Assembly (NCBI GenBank): GCA_054661495.1
Contig: BAAFSQ010000069.1
Span: 12,234-44,233, forward strand
Direction: 5' to 3'
Length of the DNA stretch: 32,000 nucleotides
DNA from: Zygophlyctis sp. KS116
Taxonomy: Eukaryota > Fungi > Chytridiomycota
The notes below the pieces were generated by a model. It saw nothing but the letters and a program-made list of their open reading frames with translations. It ran no database searches and was not told the DNA's origin. Shown here in pieces: positions 12,465-23,800 of the stretch. The position numbers were made by a program, and so were the translations under genes. Numbering within the stretch: the stretch's first letter is position 1; each line of letters opens with the position of its first letter.

Positions 12465-12774
12465 GTCTAAATTGGATTGGAACAGCAAGAATGGCCTGCG
12501 CAACATTAATAAATTGAATCTTGAAGATAACCTGAAAGAAGACAGTCAAAATGACTTGTCCGAAAATTGTAATTTAGTTTCCTCACACTTAGTAAAATGT
12601 GCTATTAAATCTGAAGCTGCCTCATATCTGAGAGAGAAGTCCGATATTATTTTAGTCAAGGGATCGCAATCATTGAATGCCGATTATGAGAATATGTTGG
12701 ATCAGTCTGCATTAGAGTCAATGGTCATTTTACTCCAAGAGTTTATAAAGTCGACGCCGGAAATTTCTAAATGA
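12454..12774 (+). CDS. Small protein resembling Pol I upstream activation factor subunit Rrn10
   Basis: ATG 12454 in an A-rich context; probable in-frame 24-nt intron 12569-12592. LKCAIKSEAASYL...MLDQSALESMVILLQEF resembles the recalled Rrn10 pattern LLKAIH.YAS...DETALLA.GILLEE. Confidence 0.5.
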   Translation: MQLKSKLDWNSKNGLRNINKLNLEDNLKEDSQNDLSENCNLVSSHLVKCAIKSEAASYLREKSDIILVKGSQSLNADYENMLDQSALESMVILLQEFIKSTPEISK

Positions 12775-12787
12775 TGTCATAAACATT

Positions 12788-14083
12788 ATGAGGGAATATA
12801 CTCCAATCAAGGATATGACTAATGCTTCTAATACAACTCAGGAGATTGCTCGATTGGAAAATGAGACGTTTATGACACAGAGGGGTGGTAAATTGTAAGC
12901 AATTTGATAGTTTATGATTAAAGCATAGAAGATTCTTCCATTCCAAAAGTAAATATCTTTTTCTAAATTAGAGATGCCTGCAATTTTTGAAAATCATAGA
13001 ACTCTGCAATCTACTCTATTGTTGCAAAAGAAAAAGGAAATGGCTCATGTCCAGGATCAGTTGGAGAAGAAAAGGGCAGAATTTGCCATAAGAATGGAAG
13101 ATTGCAAATATAAACAAGAAGAGTTAAGGACAAAGGTATGATTAGTTAAATAATTCAAACACTAGCAAAAACAAGTTAGAGATCGAGTTCTAAAGTTTGA
13201 AAAGTTTTTGAAAGAGAATGATGCTAAAAGGCAAAGAGCGAATATTAAGGCTCAAACTGAGAGAAAAACGAGGGAATTGAAGGAATTGGAATTGGCTAAT
13301 TTACAAAAACATTTGGATGAAATTAGATTTAAATCCGAACGAATTGGTACCGTAATTAGTATTTATTGATGATTTAATTTTAGAAAAACATCAAATTTAT
13401 GAGGAATATCTCCAGTCAGTCGTAGACAATATTCCGCCCGATTACCTTGATATAAATGAACCTCATATAAATGATGTTCTAATGCGGCATAAAACATTAT
13501 TAGAAACAAATGAGGATTTAATACAAACTGTGCAAAAATTTCAGGATTCCATTGAAAAAGAACAGAATCAATTAGCGAATTTTATAAAGGTAAGAATATG
13601 CCTACTGAATGTAGGAAAAAAATGATCAAATTCTGGTTTACAACTCTTCATTAGGAACCTCACAGAAAAAATTAGAGAAGCTAAAGCAGGACGCTTCTTA
13701 TTTTGAGCAGCGATTAAAAGAAAGAGATAATACTGGAAAAGAAAGGGTAATAATTGATTTTCTCAAAATAGATGAGAATAATGGGCGAGGCTAAATTGGC
13801 TATCAATAATTTATTTAATCGGATTAATGGAAAATCAAAAGCCCGAAGTGATGAATCTGATAGCAAAATTGCCCCTTCTAGTAACCCCGTCGCTGCAAAA
13901 ATATTATTGGCTGATACAGTATCAAATTCAGATCCAGTAACAGTCAGGACTGGGCCCGCAAACACAGAAAGGAATATATCTGAAAAGTTAAATGTAATCC
14001 AGGATACAATAATAGATATGTCAGCGGTGGTTCAAAAAGTTGAGCAATTTCTTGCCAAAGAAAGAGATAAAGGCAGAACTTGA
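12788..14083 (+). CDS. CCDC42/CFAP73-like flagellar coiled-coil protein (DUF4200); 5' exons uncertain
   Basis: Mostly missing from the ORF track. Spliced frame reads QSTLLLQKKKEM..LEKKRAEF..VLKFEKFLKENDAKRQRAN..IYEEYLQSVVD..INDVLMRHKTL..ILVYNSSL. About six introns; alternative start at ATG ~12974. Confidence 0.8.
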
Positions 14084-14087
14084 TTTT

Positions 14088-16929
14088 TTATTTTTGTTCT
14101 TCTGCGAGTAAAGCTAAAAAGTTTAATACATCGATGTATGTGGGTAGATAGTAATGTGCGGCGGAGCTTTTGAGGCCTACGGTTACTGTCCAAACGGATC
14201 TCAAATTTGAGGCCCGCAATAACGTATCTATGAGTTTAGAAACATAATTTCAATTACCAAATCCTCGATTGATTTCTTCAATTACTGAAGGCTGATTTCC
14301 GCCTGGGGTCGACACTTCCACATAAGGAGAATGACTCGGTTCTGAGCCAGAGTTGGTCCTGGAATGGCCTTCGTCTCTTCTAAAATACTCAAACATTGGT
14401 TCATCTAGGCGATCATCTCCTATACAAATGATGCAGTCAATCCATTGACGCTTTACATCATGTGTTAAATTTGAATTTGGGAATATCTGACCCGGAGAGC
14501 TAACAATAAAAGCTGAATTTGGCTCTGGAGAGCTTTCTGAATCATAGAGCAATTTTTGTTTGGAGTTTGAAAACGCCTCAGAAGCAGATTTTGACCTATT
14601 TTTGAAGAATTCATCAGAAGTATTATAGCGTGAACGACGACCTTGATGGTATTCCAGAATTTTTTTAGTCGCTACACCTTTGCTAACCTAATTTTCTTAG
14701 AAAATATATATACATTTCTAGGCATAACTGAAACAGATGTTTTTTTGGCTATTGGATGAATGGCGTAAGTTGCTCCAAGTGAATTTTGAATATGATTCAA
14801 GCATTCGGCAGCTTGCCATTTTCCAAAGGTCAGATCAGCAAATCCAAAATGCCAAACTATAGATGTTTCTTTCTGCTCTATGTAAGATCCTGGAGTCCTG
14901 TCTGAATAATATTCAAATATTTCCAGGACTCCCTTTTTCCAAGATGTATCTATTTCAGGAAATAGTGGCGACCAGAAATTCTTATCGGCAAATTTGATAA
15001 AGCTTCCATTTTCAGCAGACATTCCCAAGTTTGGAATACTTTTGAAGATTTCCAACGCTTCTTTCCGTTTTGTACTCATCAAATATACTACATTTTTGTT
15101 GTCTGCTGCTAACCTGGCGAGCAAATCGTATATGGATTGCATTGATTTGGTATCAATCGACAGAAAATCATGTTCGTATACCTTCCAAAGGGTGCCATCA
15201 TCATCAATCAGCTAAATATTAATATATAATAAAAAATTTACTAAAAGCCTTTTTTGACTTTCAAGAAAGTCAGTCAAAACTTCTGAGTTTTTAAGTAGTT
15301 GAATATGGGATGGTAAATTCTCAGAGAGTTCCATATTTAAGCGACGCAACTCTTTTGTAAATTTCTCCACATAAATAGGAGCAGTGTTTGCCTGCACATT
15401 AGAGTATAGATGCTAAGATTAAAATTTGAAATAATATTACATGCCAGCGACTCTTCTTTTCTTCAAAAGACATTTCCAATGCTTCAAATATAGCTTCAGC
15501 GACTTCCTGTTTATCCCAAGGATTTACTCGAATAGCTGATCCAAAGCTACCATAGGTACCAGCAAATTCACTCATAATAAGTGGTGAATATTTCCCTTCC
15601 TGACAAACAACATATTCATGTGAAGTAAGATTCATACCATCTCTTAATGATGTAATAAGACACGCATCAGCAATCTAAACATATAAAAACAAAAAAGGTA
15701 CAGTTAAAAGAGCCAAATAATGAGCAAATGAAATATCTTGATGCAAATATACAACTGGTAGATATTCTATTGACCCAAATCTTGAATTTATCCTAGCTAC
15801 AACATCAGAAACAAAACATTCATTTTCATTTGCTTCTGTAGTAGATAAAGCCACTTGTATCAAAACCACTTTCCCAACCCATTCAGGATACAAGAATAAA
15901 AAGCGTTCAAAAGCCAAAAGTTTTTGACGAACTCCTTTAACATAATCAGACTTGTCTCTCCCAATAACAATCTTTTTCCCAGCAAACTTTTCTTTTAAAG
16001 ACGCAATCATCTCTGGAACTTTTGGATCAGTTCTAATTATAATTTTTTTCTTAAATTACCTCTTTTCATTTAGAGCCATAATATTTATTCCAATTGGAAA
16101 AATCCCAACTGAGACTATTGTATTATCCAATTGAATCCCTTTTGGGGTAGATTCAACTGATAATAATCTTGTACAAGTCATTAAAAAATGCCTTAAAAAA
16201 GAATAAGTCTGAAATCCAATCAAATCCGCTCCTAAAATCCCTTTTAGTATTTGCTGTCTAACATGTAGACATCTAAAAATTTCACTTGAAGGAAAAGGAA
16301 TATGCCAAGATTTTAAAATTATAAAACTTACAGAAAAAATCCAATTGGAGCACTCGACAATCTTTTACGAACCATTTCTGGAACCAACATTAAATGATAA
16401 TCATTTATCCAAACTATACAATGAGTTTTCTTAAAATACTTAAATCCCCCTCCTTATAACATTCCACTATTGCATCTGCAAACTTTTGATTAACTTGCAC
16501 ATACTGATCCCAAGAAGACTTATCATAGTCTACACAATTTGAATCTGCCAAGAATTGATAATGAAATGTTTTCCATAACAACTACCATTAATAGATCTAA
16601 AATACCCTTTTACAAAACTGATTATAATGACCATCCATTTCCTCATCAGACACAAAAACCGGAACCTGATCTATGGCATCCAACTTTTCTACCAATTGAC
16701 GAGTCTGCTCAATTGACATTTTCGGACTAGAGAGTCCCAAAGTTCCAATCCATTTTCTAGGAAGCAGATCTGAACTTAACGAAGAAATAGCATTTTGCAA
16801 GCCGATATTACCATGAGCATTCGGCACAAGATCCAACGTTTGACCAGGACTGACTGATGCATTGAGCGGTTGGTTTTCTGTTACAATGACTGTGCAAGGA
16901 AGGAAAAGCGACACAACCAACAAGCTCAT
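14088..16929 (-). CDS. TPS2: Trehalose-6-phosphate synthase/phosphatase (GT20 + HAD phosphatase), Tps2-type
   Basis: MSLLVVSLFLP, HYNQFCKRLLW, IWINDYHLMLVP, GFFL/HIPFPSSE, RDGMNLTSHEY, SEFAG, VNPWD, LIDDDGTL, SAENG, RTPGSYIEQKETSIVWH, CIGDDRLDEPMF. Nine introns, one apparently GT-TG. Confidence 0.9.
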
Positions 16930-16945
16930 CAAAAAAGACTAAAAA

Positions 16946-18289
16946 ATGTCCTTGTTCCCAAAAGAGTCTGCACAGACAATGGCAGAAAGCTTGGGACTTG
17001 CAATCTCTGATAATGTTGCTGCTCATCTAGTCCAAGATGCAGAGTATCGGCTCAGGGAAATCATTCATGAGGCAACTAAATTTATGAAAAGTTCAAAGAG
17101 GAGCAAATTGCTGCCTTGTGATATAAATTATGCTCTAAGAGTAAAGAATGTAGAGCCTTTGTATGGATATGATGTATCGGCTCCTTCAGAATTTAGAATG
17201 ACTAGCTCTGGATCGCATGTTTTGTATTATGCTGCTGATAAGGAATATGATTTAGAGGAATTAATATCGGCTGAATTACCTCCAATTCCTTTAGATGTTA
17301 CAATGTCGGCACATTGGTTAGCGATTGAAGGTGTTCAACCAAGGATTATACAAAATCCAACTCCAGCAGATTTAATGGATAGAGAAAAGAGATTGGTATT
17401 AAGTGGAGATGTAAGTTTATAATTTAATATGTAAGAAGCCAAATGTAACTGCAAATGGGGAAAAGAAGGATGGGGGACCATTGATTAAAACTGTACTCAC
17501 TAGGGAATTAGCATTATATTATTCAAAAATAATTGAAGCACTTCTTTCTAATGATGAAAATGTTAAGAAAAGTGGGATTGAAAGTATTGGACAAGATCCT
17601 GGAATTCAAGGTTTATTACCATATTTGGTAGATTTTCTATCCGAGACTGTAAATTTCTTTATTAACTCTAGATTTCTAAAAATATTTCAAATTTAAGAGT
17701 CATGTGGACAATGATGAGACTGATTAGAGCAATTTTATATAATCCTGATCTATTTGTTGAACCTTATCTACATCATTTAACTCCAAACATTTTATCTTGC
17801 TTATTGGCAAAAAAACTATCTGAAAATTCACTTTCTTCTGCAAATGATTGTAGAGTTTTTGCGTCTCAATTACTGTCTCATATTTGTTCTACATATGGAG
17901 ATGCATATCCTACTCTAGTTCCAAGAGTTACAAAAACACTTTTACGTGCATTTTTGGATTCTAGTAAATCTCTTGGGTACAGATATGGTGCTATTGTAGG
18001 TCTAGAAGGACTTGGACCAACAGTCTTAAAATCTGTTGTTCTCCCAAATGTTAAATCTTTTGCTGAAGAAATGCAGATTGCTATAACTACTCCTGATTTT
18101 GAAGCTGAAGGACAATCCTGTATTCAAGCCATGGAGAAATTACTAGTTTATTTGGCTAAATTTGAACTTAAATCCCGAATTGAACAAGGTGAACCTCCCT
18201 CTACAGCCCAGAATTATATTCATCGTACTCTTGGACCTCAACTGGGCTTGTATGAAAAGAGAGTTCTATCTCAAGTCTTGGAATCTTGA
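16946..18289 (+). CDS. TAF6: TFIID/SAGA subunit TAF6
   Basis: Histone fold MAESLG..DAEYRLREIIHEATKFM..DINYALRVKNVEPLYG, AHWLAIEGVQPRIIQNP, DPGIQGLLPY, LFVEPYLH, PRVTKTL. Introns 17411-17435 and 17649-17671. Confidence 0.96.
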
Positions 18290-18393
18290 TTCATGGATAT
18301 CATGGATTAGAAAAAAATAAATTGAAAATCCTGAAAAACTTTTTCTAATTATTGATTCTAGAGACACTTTTTCCCTTTAGAAATCTGTAATTC

Positions 18394-18828
18394 TTAAAAT
18401 CCTAATTCCATTATTAATAAAACCTTACTCAACTTTGTAAAAAACCACTTATTCTTTCCAGAATTGTATCTTTCTTCAAAAACCTTTCTGATTGCCTTTT
18501 TAGCTGCCTGACGCTGTGAAGGTTCCTTGAAAGATTCCATAGAGACAACTTGTTTCAAATCCATTTCCAAATTATATCTAGTAGGCATCATATGATTATA
18601 GTTGACAACTTTAATAAAAGGCTTAATCTTTGATCTTTTAGCAATCTTCTTTTTTCCCATTCCCTTTGTGATTGGACGAGGTGCCACTTCTACTCCGGCG
18701 ATAACAGCATGAGGAAAAGGTCTCGATGCAGTTCCCTCATCATAGTTTTTGACGACGACGGCCTTCTTACCAGCCTGTCTCCCATTCAACAATAGCACAA
18801 CTTTACTAGACTTGATCAACTTGACCAT
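18394..18828 (-). CDS. RPL27: 60S ribosomal protein eL27
   Basis: GRQAGKKAVVVK..KRSKIKPFIKVVNYNHMMPTRY..GKNKWFF. Removing the 27-nt intron 18402-18428 restores the canonical KLRF* end. Confidence 0.98.
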   Translation of the reverse strand: MVKLIKSSKVVLLLNGRQAGKKAVVVKNYDEGTASRPFPHAVIAGVEVAPRPITKGMGKKKIAKRSKIKPFIKVVNYNHMMPTRYNLEMDLKQVVSMESFKEPSQRQAAKKAIRKVFEERYNSGKNKWFFTKLSKVLLIMELGF

Positions 18829-18859
18829 TTTTTTTCTTCCTTGACCTTTTTACGGCTAT

Positions 18860-18901
18860 CCATAGGTCTTACCATAGGTCCTCCATAGGTCCTCCATAGG
18901 T
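18860..18901. promoter_or_regulatory. Four tandem CCATAGGT elements in the RPL27/RPL23 bidirectional promoter
   Basis: Copies start at 18860, 18872, 18883 and 18894. The repeat is certain; the regulatory role is inferred. Confidence 0.55.
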
Positions 18902-19013
18902 TAACCACGGGAGGGTGTGCAAAAAAGACACAGTCCCCAGTCAAAAACACTGGTGAGTGTCAGACTTTGCCACTCGTCGCATAGGAAAAAGGTTTAAAAA
19001 AGATTTTTTACTA

Positions 19014-19469
19014 ATGAGCAAATCTACAAGGTAATTTCAAAAGTTGTAATTATAAAGAGGTCGATCAGGTGCTACAGGAACTAAACTCAGAATGACCCTC
19101 GGTCTGCCAGTTGGAGCTGTCATGAATTGTGCTGACAACTCTGGAGCAAAGAACTTATATATTCTTGCTGTAAAGGGAATTCATGCCCGATTGAATCGTT
19201 TGCCAGCTGCTGGTGTTGGAGATATGGTCTTGGCTACCGTCAAAAAGGGAAAACCTGAATTGCGTAAAAAGGTTCATCCTGCTGTAGTGGTTCGTCAAAG
19301 AAAACCTTGGAGAAGGAGAGATGGGGTCTTTCTTTATTTTGAAGATAATGCAGGAGTTATTGTCAATCCTAAAGGTGAAATGAAGGGATCAGCAATTACA
19401 GGGCCTGTTGGAAAGGAATGTGCGGATATTTGGCCAAAAATTGCTTCATCTTCAGGAACAGTTGTTTAG
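19014..19469 (+). CDS. RPL23: 60S ribosomal protein uL14
   Basis: MSKSTR|[57 protein letters not shown]. Intron 19031-19057. Confidence 0.98.
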
Positions 19470-19580
19470 ATGGAAGCATAATAAAAATAAAGACTAAAGA
19501 AATCTTGAAATTTTTTCAATTTTTTTCAATTTTGCGAGATTAGACTGGTTTTCATTGTTAGAATGATATCTAGAATTTAA

Positions 19581-21082
19581 CTATATTCTTGTGTAAAAGA
19601 GCATGTAAACTTGACGATCACTCTTGTCTTGTAATACATCCTCCAGGGTGGATTTAGATAAAACAGTGTCATCTATAAGCATCCAGTCCTTGGAACCTAA
19701 TAAAACATGGCAAGTATAATGACCACCGGTAGACATTTTTCCATGATGATATACAACTATTATAAAGAATTATATTATTACCTCCAGACAAGTAGTATTC
19801 TGTACTTATTCCTTGGCTAGATTGTGATAGCATTTCTCGAGTTATTTTTAAATGAGATTCATAGTTTACGAATTTACAAAGTTTATGGGTAGCTTGAGTG
19901 CCAGGTTCAAATACAAACCTTTTTAAATGAAGGATAAGAATAGGTGGAAGACTTTCGATTAATGTTTGCTTGGTAGCTTCCACTGGGGTTTTGTTTGATC
20001 GATTGAATCCATGAAGATGTTCTGGTTCAGTCAAATGATGAAGGGCATCAATTATACTGTTCACGTGTAAAGGCTACAAGATAAATAGAAACAGAATATA
20101 CCGTTATATCTAATTGAAGAGATTGAAAAGGCTGTATTGTGACTGAATCTTTATTCCCAGAAGCTTTTACAACGGATCTCATAGAACCTCCAAAAAGAAG
20201 AGAAATAGGAGAGTCGTTTGAAGCCTTTTGTACAACAATTGGCTTATTTTTCGGACCAATTTCAGTCCATTCCTTTTGGATAATAGGCTGTTCTTGATCT
20301 TGATTCAGGGAAAGTAGCTCTTGTTCTAAACCATCTAATAGAAATCCCAGGAATTCTTCTGCGTCTTCTTGTCGCCCCTTCAATATTATCAATTACTTAG
20401 TCTACCTTTTGAGTATCAAACTTTTTCAAGTGATATAGAGCATCAAAAACATTTTGCGACAATGTCGATTCATCATCATCATCTTGAAATACTGTCTTGA
20501 ACTCCCCTAAAAATCCAATCCTAACTATGAATATGAAAATAATTACAGCGCCTTGACTAGATTTCCAGTACTACGACCGCTTTTAGCCAAATCGTCAAAG
20601 TAGTTATAGAATGGCGGACAGTGTATTAATGGTTGTAAGATTGAATTCATATAGCACATATTTCCCGTATTCACTAATCCTCTTGGTACTATTGGCCTCG
20701 GATTAAAATCTAGCTTTGGGTCTGTTTATATTATTAAATTAAAAATACATCTTGGTGTTTGATCTACGGATTCTCTTACAGTGACTTTTGATGTGCCATT
20801 AGAGTCTTCGCCTTGTGTTTTGAGAAGAGACGCCCATGTCTTTGGACATTTATCCGTAATCTCCACCTTTTCAGATTCTACACCATCAGTAGCGTTTTCC
20901 AGATCCAACGGTTCATCATTATTTATTTTGCAGCTGCTAGGCGGCGGTTGATCATTTGTCTTTGCAGTTGAAGGGAGTGAGCCAAAGGTTAATGATGCTT
21001 TAATGACTGGCGGTGCGCATGGATCATATCCACCAGTACTGGCAGGAAGAGAAAGTGGCAACTTAACATTACAAAAAATCAT
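19581..21082 (-). CDS. UBP3: Ubiquitin-specific protease, Ubp3/USP10 family; start uncertain (alternative ATG 21244)
   Basis: PKTWASLL, Cys box PRGLVNTGNMCYMNSILQPL, GRQEDAEEFLGFLLD, QPFQSLQLDI, LPPILILHLKRF, His box YHHGKMSTGGHYT, VYMLFY. Five introns. Confidence 0.9.
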
Positions 21083-21161
21083 ATTTTTACAGTTGGAAAT
21101 GTCTGACGTTTCAATACAGTTATCGATCCAAAGGTAATTGAGTTTGACTCCTGTTGAAAAT

Positions 21162-22650
21162 TCATTCCTTTGAGAAAAAGTCCAAAATGGTTTTTTTTCT
21201 TTTTTTGACGTGTGGTGGTGGGGGATCAGAGAGTTTGAGGGCATAATGCCAGTCCGAATGCTCCAATTTTTGATTCAAACGAATCATAGCAAAGCATTCG
21301 GGACACTGTACAAGATCTTTCTCTAGCCAATTTGACAAAAGTCCTTGTTTTGAATCAACAGCTTCTAAATTTGTCAGAGAAAATTCAATTCTTGAACACG
21401 GAAATTCTGCTCTTTCAATTTTAAAAAGAGAAAGTCCTTTAGCTGCAATCATTGAAGGTGAATCTATGATTCCTATAGGTCCTGAACGAGTTTTTTGCAC
21501 ATGATTAAGAGTCATGCATAATACTAGAGTTTTCGGTCTCCTAGAATTTGTTTCAAATTCATAAACAATTCTAGCATACAATTCAGATGATAGAATTTCA
21601 ATCCATGATTTTACTTGATCAGAATTAGTAAGATTTGGTCTAAATGTTTTGCATGCAGCCATAGATTTTACTAAATTATTTTCCACAACTTGAATTAGAA
21701 ATATAAAATACCTGGATCATCATCAATTCCACGAATTATATTATAAATCCAATCTCCAGAGTCTTTATCAATCACTTTCTTGAAATCATCAGCACTTTTA
21801 GACCACAAATCTCCACAATTTAAGATTCCAAAAGAAGATTCTAAAAGAGAACCTAATTTCCCTCCAAGTCCCTTAATTTTTGTAGCTGGCAATTCTCGTA
21901 AAAAATCTAAAACTTGAGACTGGCATAAAACAGACTGCTTATTAGGCTTATGCATTGAAGACACTAATTTGGCCAATGTCTTATTATGCGCAATTCCAGA
22001 AGAGCAAGTATAACCACATTCTTTAAATATTGCATCTCTGATATCTTGACAAATTTCTGCTCCTATTTTCAGTCTCCAATCACTACCAAAAGACTCTAAA
22101 TTATTCCCAATATAAAAAGTTCCACTAGAATCCCAATCTATCATTTCTTTCTGAGTCATTTTTAGCAATCATACCATTCTCAACCAAATCTTTAATCCTT
22201 TCATCTACTACTCCAGTTAAATCCGCGTACGCTTCATCAATCGAAGCTCTTTGAAAGACTGGACAGTATCTCTTTATAATTTTCATGATATCTTGACTAG
22301 CTTTCCTATAAAAATCCAATGAAACTTTATGTGTTTGATAAGAAACGTTAGAATGATAATTTGGAACAGATTCCCCTTGTGCATAAGTTGCAACATGCAC
22401 CAATTTCAATTCTAAAACTTTAAATATATAAATTACCTGGGCATTTTTCCAATGCTTCTTTTACATTACAATGCCTAGAAATCCCCTTTTCTCTTGCAGC
22501 ATAATTCACAGCAATCAATCCTTGCCATTGTTGCACAGCTATAATTAAAATTTAGAAATTACCTAGAGGAACATCAAATGGGATTCCAAGTCTTACATGT
22601 TCCACTTGAGTATAAAAAGCATCCATATCTATATGCAAAATCACCCTCAT
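21162..22650 (-). CDS. RAD30: DNA polymerase eta (Y family)
   Basis: HIDMDAFYTQVE, VQQWQGLIAVNYAAR, LVHVAT, KVSLDFYR, RASIDEAY, GIAHNKTLAKL, GLGGKLG; UBZ CPEC..EHSDWHYA; NLS KKRKK; PIP box TILDFF. Four introns. Confidence 0.95.
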
Positions 22651-22828
22651 GAAAAAATTTAAAAAAGATAAATCACTCAAATTTAAGAATTCAAAAATCT
22701 ATTATAAATATTTATAAAAAAGAGTGAAATTATAAGACTAAATTAGAATAGACTCAAAGAATGTGTTGAGAAAAGTTGGAATTTGGAGTAAAATTTTGCG
22801 TGGTTTGAGAATTTGCGCGGTTTTAAAA

Positions 22829-23783
22829 ATGTTTTCGAGAAGAGATTTCTCTGAAACGTTTAGAGCATTTCCAGTCTCTATGCTCCCAGGGAATGAACGA
22901 GAAAATGTTTTATATGGTGGAAAGAGTAAGATTTCTTTGGCTCAGTATAGTAATTTTACCCCCATCCTCTCTTTCAAAATTGGCAAGTTTAAATATTTCT
23001 TATCCAATGCTCTTTGAGCTTAATAATGATGTAAAGGCAAAAAGTACACATGCAGGTGTTTTAGAATTTATTGCTGAAGAGGGAAGAGTTTATGTTCCAT
23101 TATGGGTAAAGAATTGATATTATTTAAATAAAGATGATGAAATCTTTAGGACTAGAAGCTGGGAATTTTCTGCATATTAAGAGTATATCTCTTTCACTAG
23201 GGAAATTTGTGAAAATTCAACCGCAATCTGTCGATTTTTTAGATATTTCAGATCCTAAAGCAGTTTTAGAACAATCACTAAGGAATTTTTCTACTTTAAC
23301 TCAAGGAGATATCATTACAATTAAATACAATTCAAAGTTTTATGATATATTGATATTAGAAACAAAACCAGCTGGTAAAGGAATTTCAATCGTAGAAACT
23401 GATTTAGAGGTAAACATTATTATTAAATAAAGGTGGATTTCGCTCCTCCAGTTGGTTATGTAGAGCCTTCATATGCAAAAGAATATCAGCCAAGATCTAG
23501 TACAACTTCAATACGAGAACATACTTTTCAAGATAATACAGAATTTGAAGCCTTTGCTGGTCAAGGTGCAAGGCTATCTGGAAAAGAAAAGAATGAGTCA
23601 CTTTATCCTTCAAATACAGTCACGGATGCAAAGGACAAAATTCCAGAAGCTTTACGTTTACCTCCTGGAAAGTTCTTTTTTGGATATCAAGTTAAGCCTT
23701 TAAAGACGGGAGAGAAGGAGGATAATGATGCTTTCAAGGGGAAAGGAACATCGCTGAGAGAAGCAAGACTTGGAAAGACGTGA
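22829..23783 (+). CDS. UFD1: Ubiquitin fusion degradation protein 1
   Basis: YGGKIILPPS, YPMLF, THAGVLEFIAEEGRVYVPLWMM, QPQSVDFLDISDPKAVLE, ETDLEVDFAPPVGY, SHP boxes FAGQGARL and FKGKGTSL. Three introns. Confidence 0.97.
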
Positions 23784-23800
23784 TTTATTCTTTTATTTTG

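Noticed and set aside
18860-18901. CRISPR-like reading of the short repeat array
   Set aside because: 8-nt repeats with 3-4 nt spacers in a eukaryotic promoter, and no cas genes.
18966-18973. TTTGCCAC, an Rpn4/PACE-like core
   Set aside because: Single copy, in an RP promoter rather than at RPN8 or UFD1.
21083-21244. Long N-terminal extension of UBP3 overlapping the RAD30 3' end
   Set aside because: The extension looks like an off-frame read of RAD30; ATG 21082 has an A-rich context. Not fully excluded.
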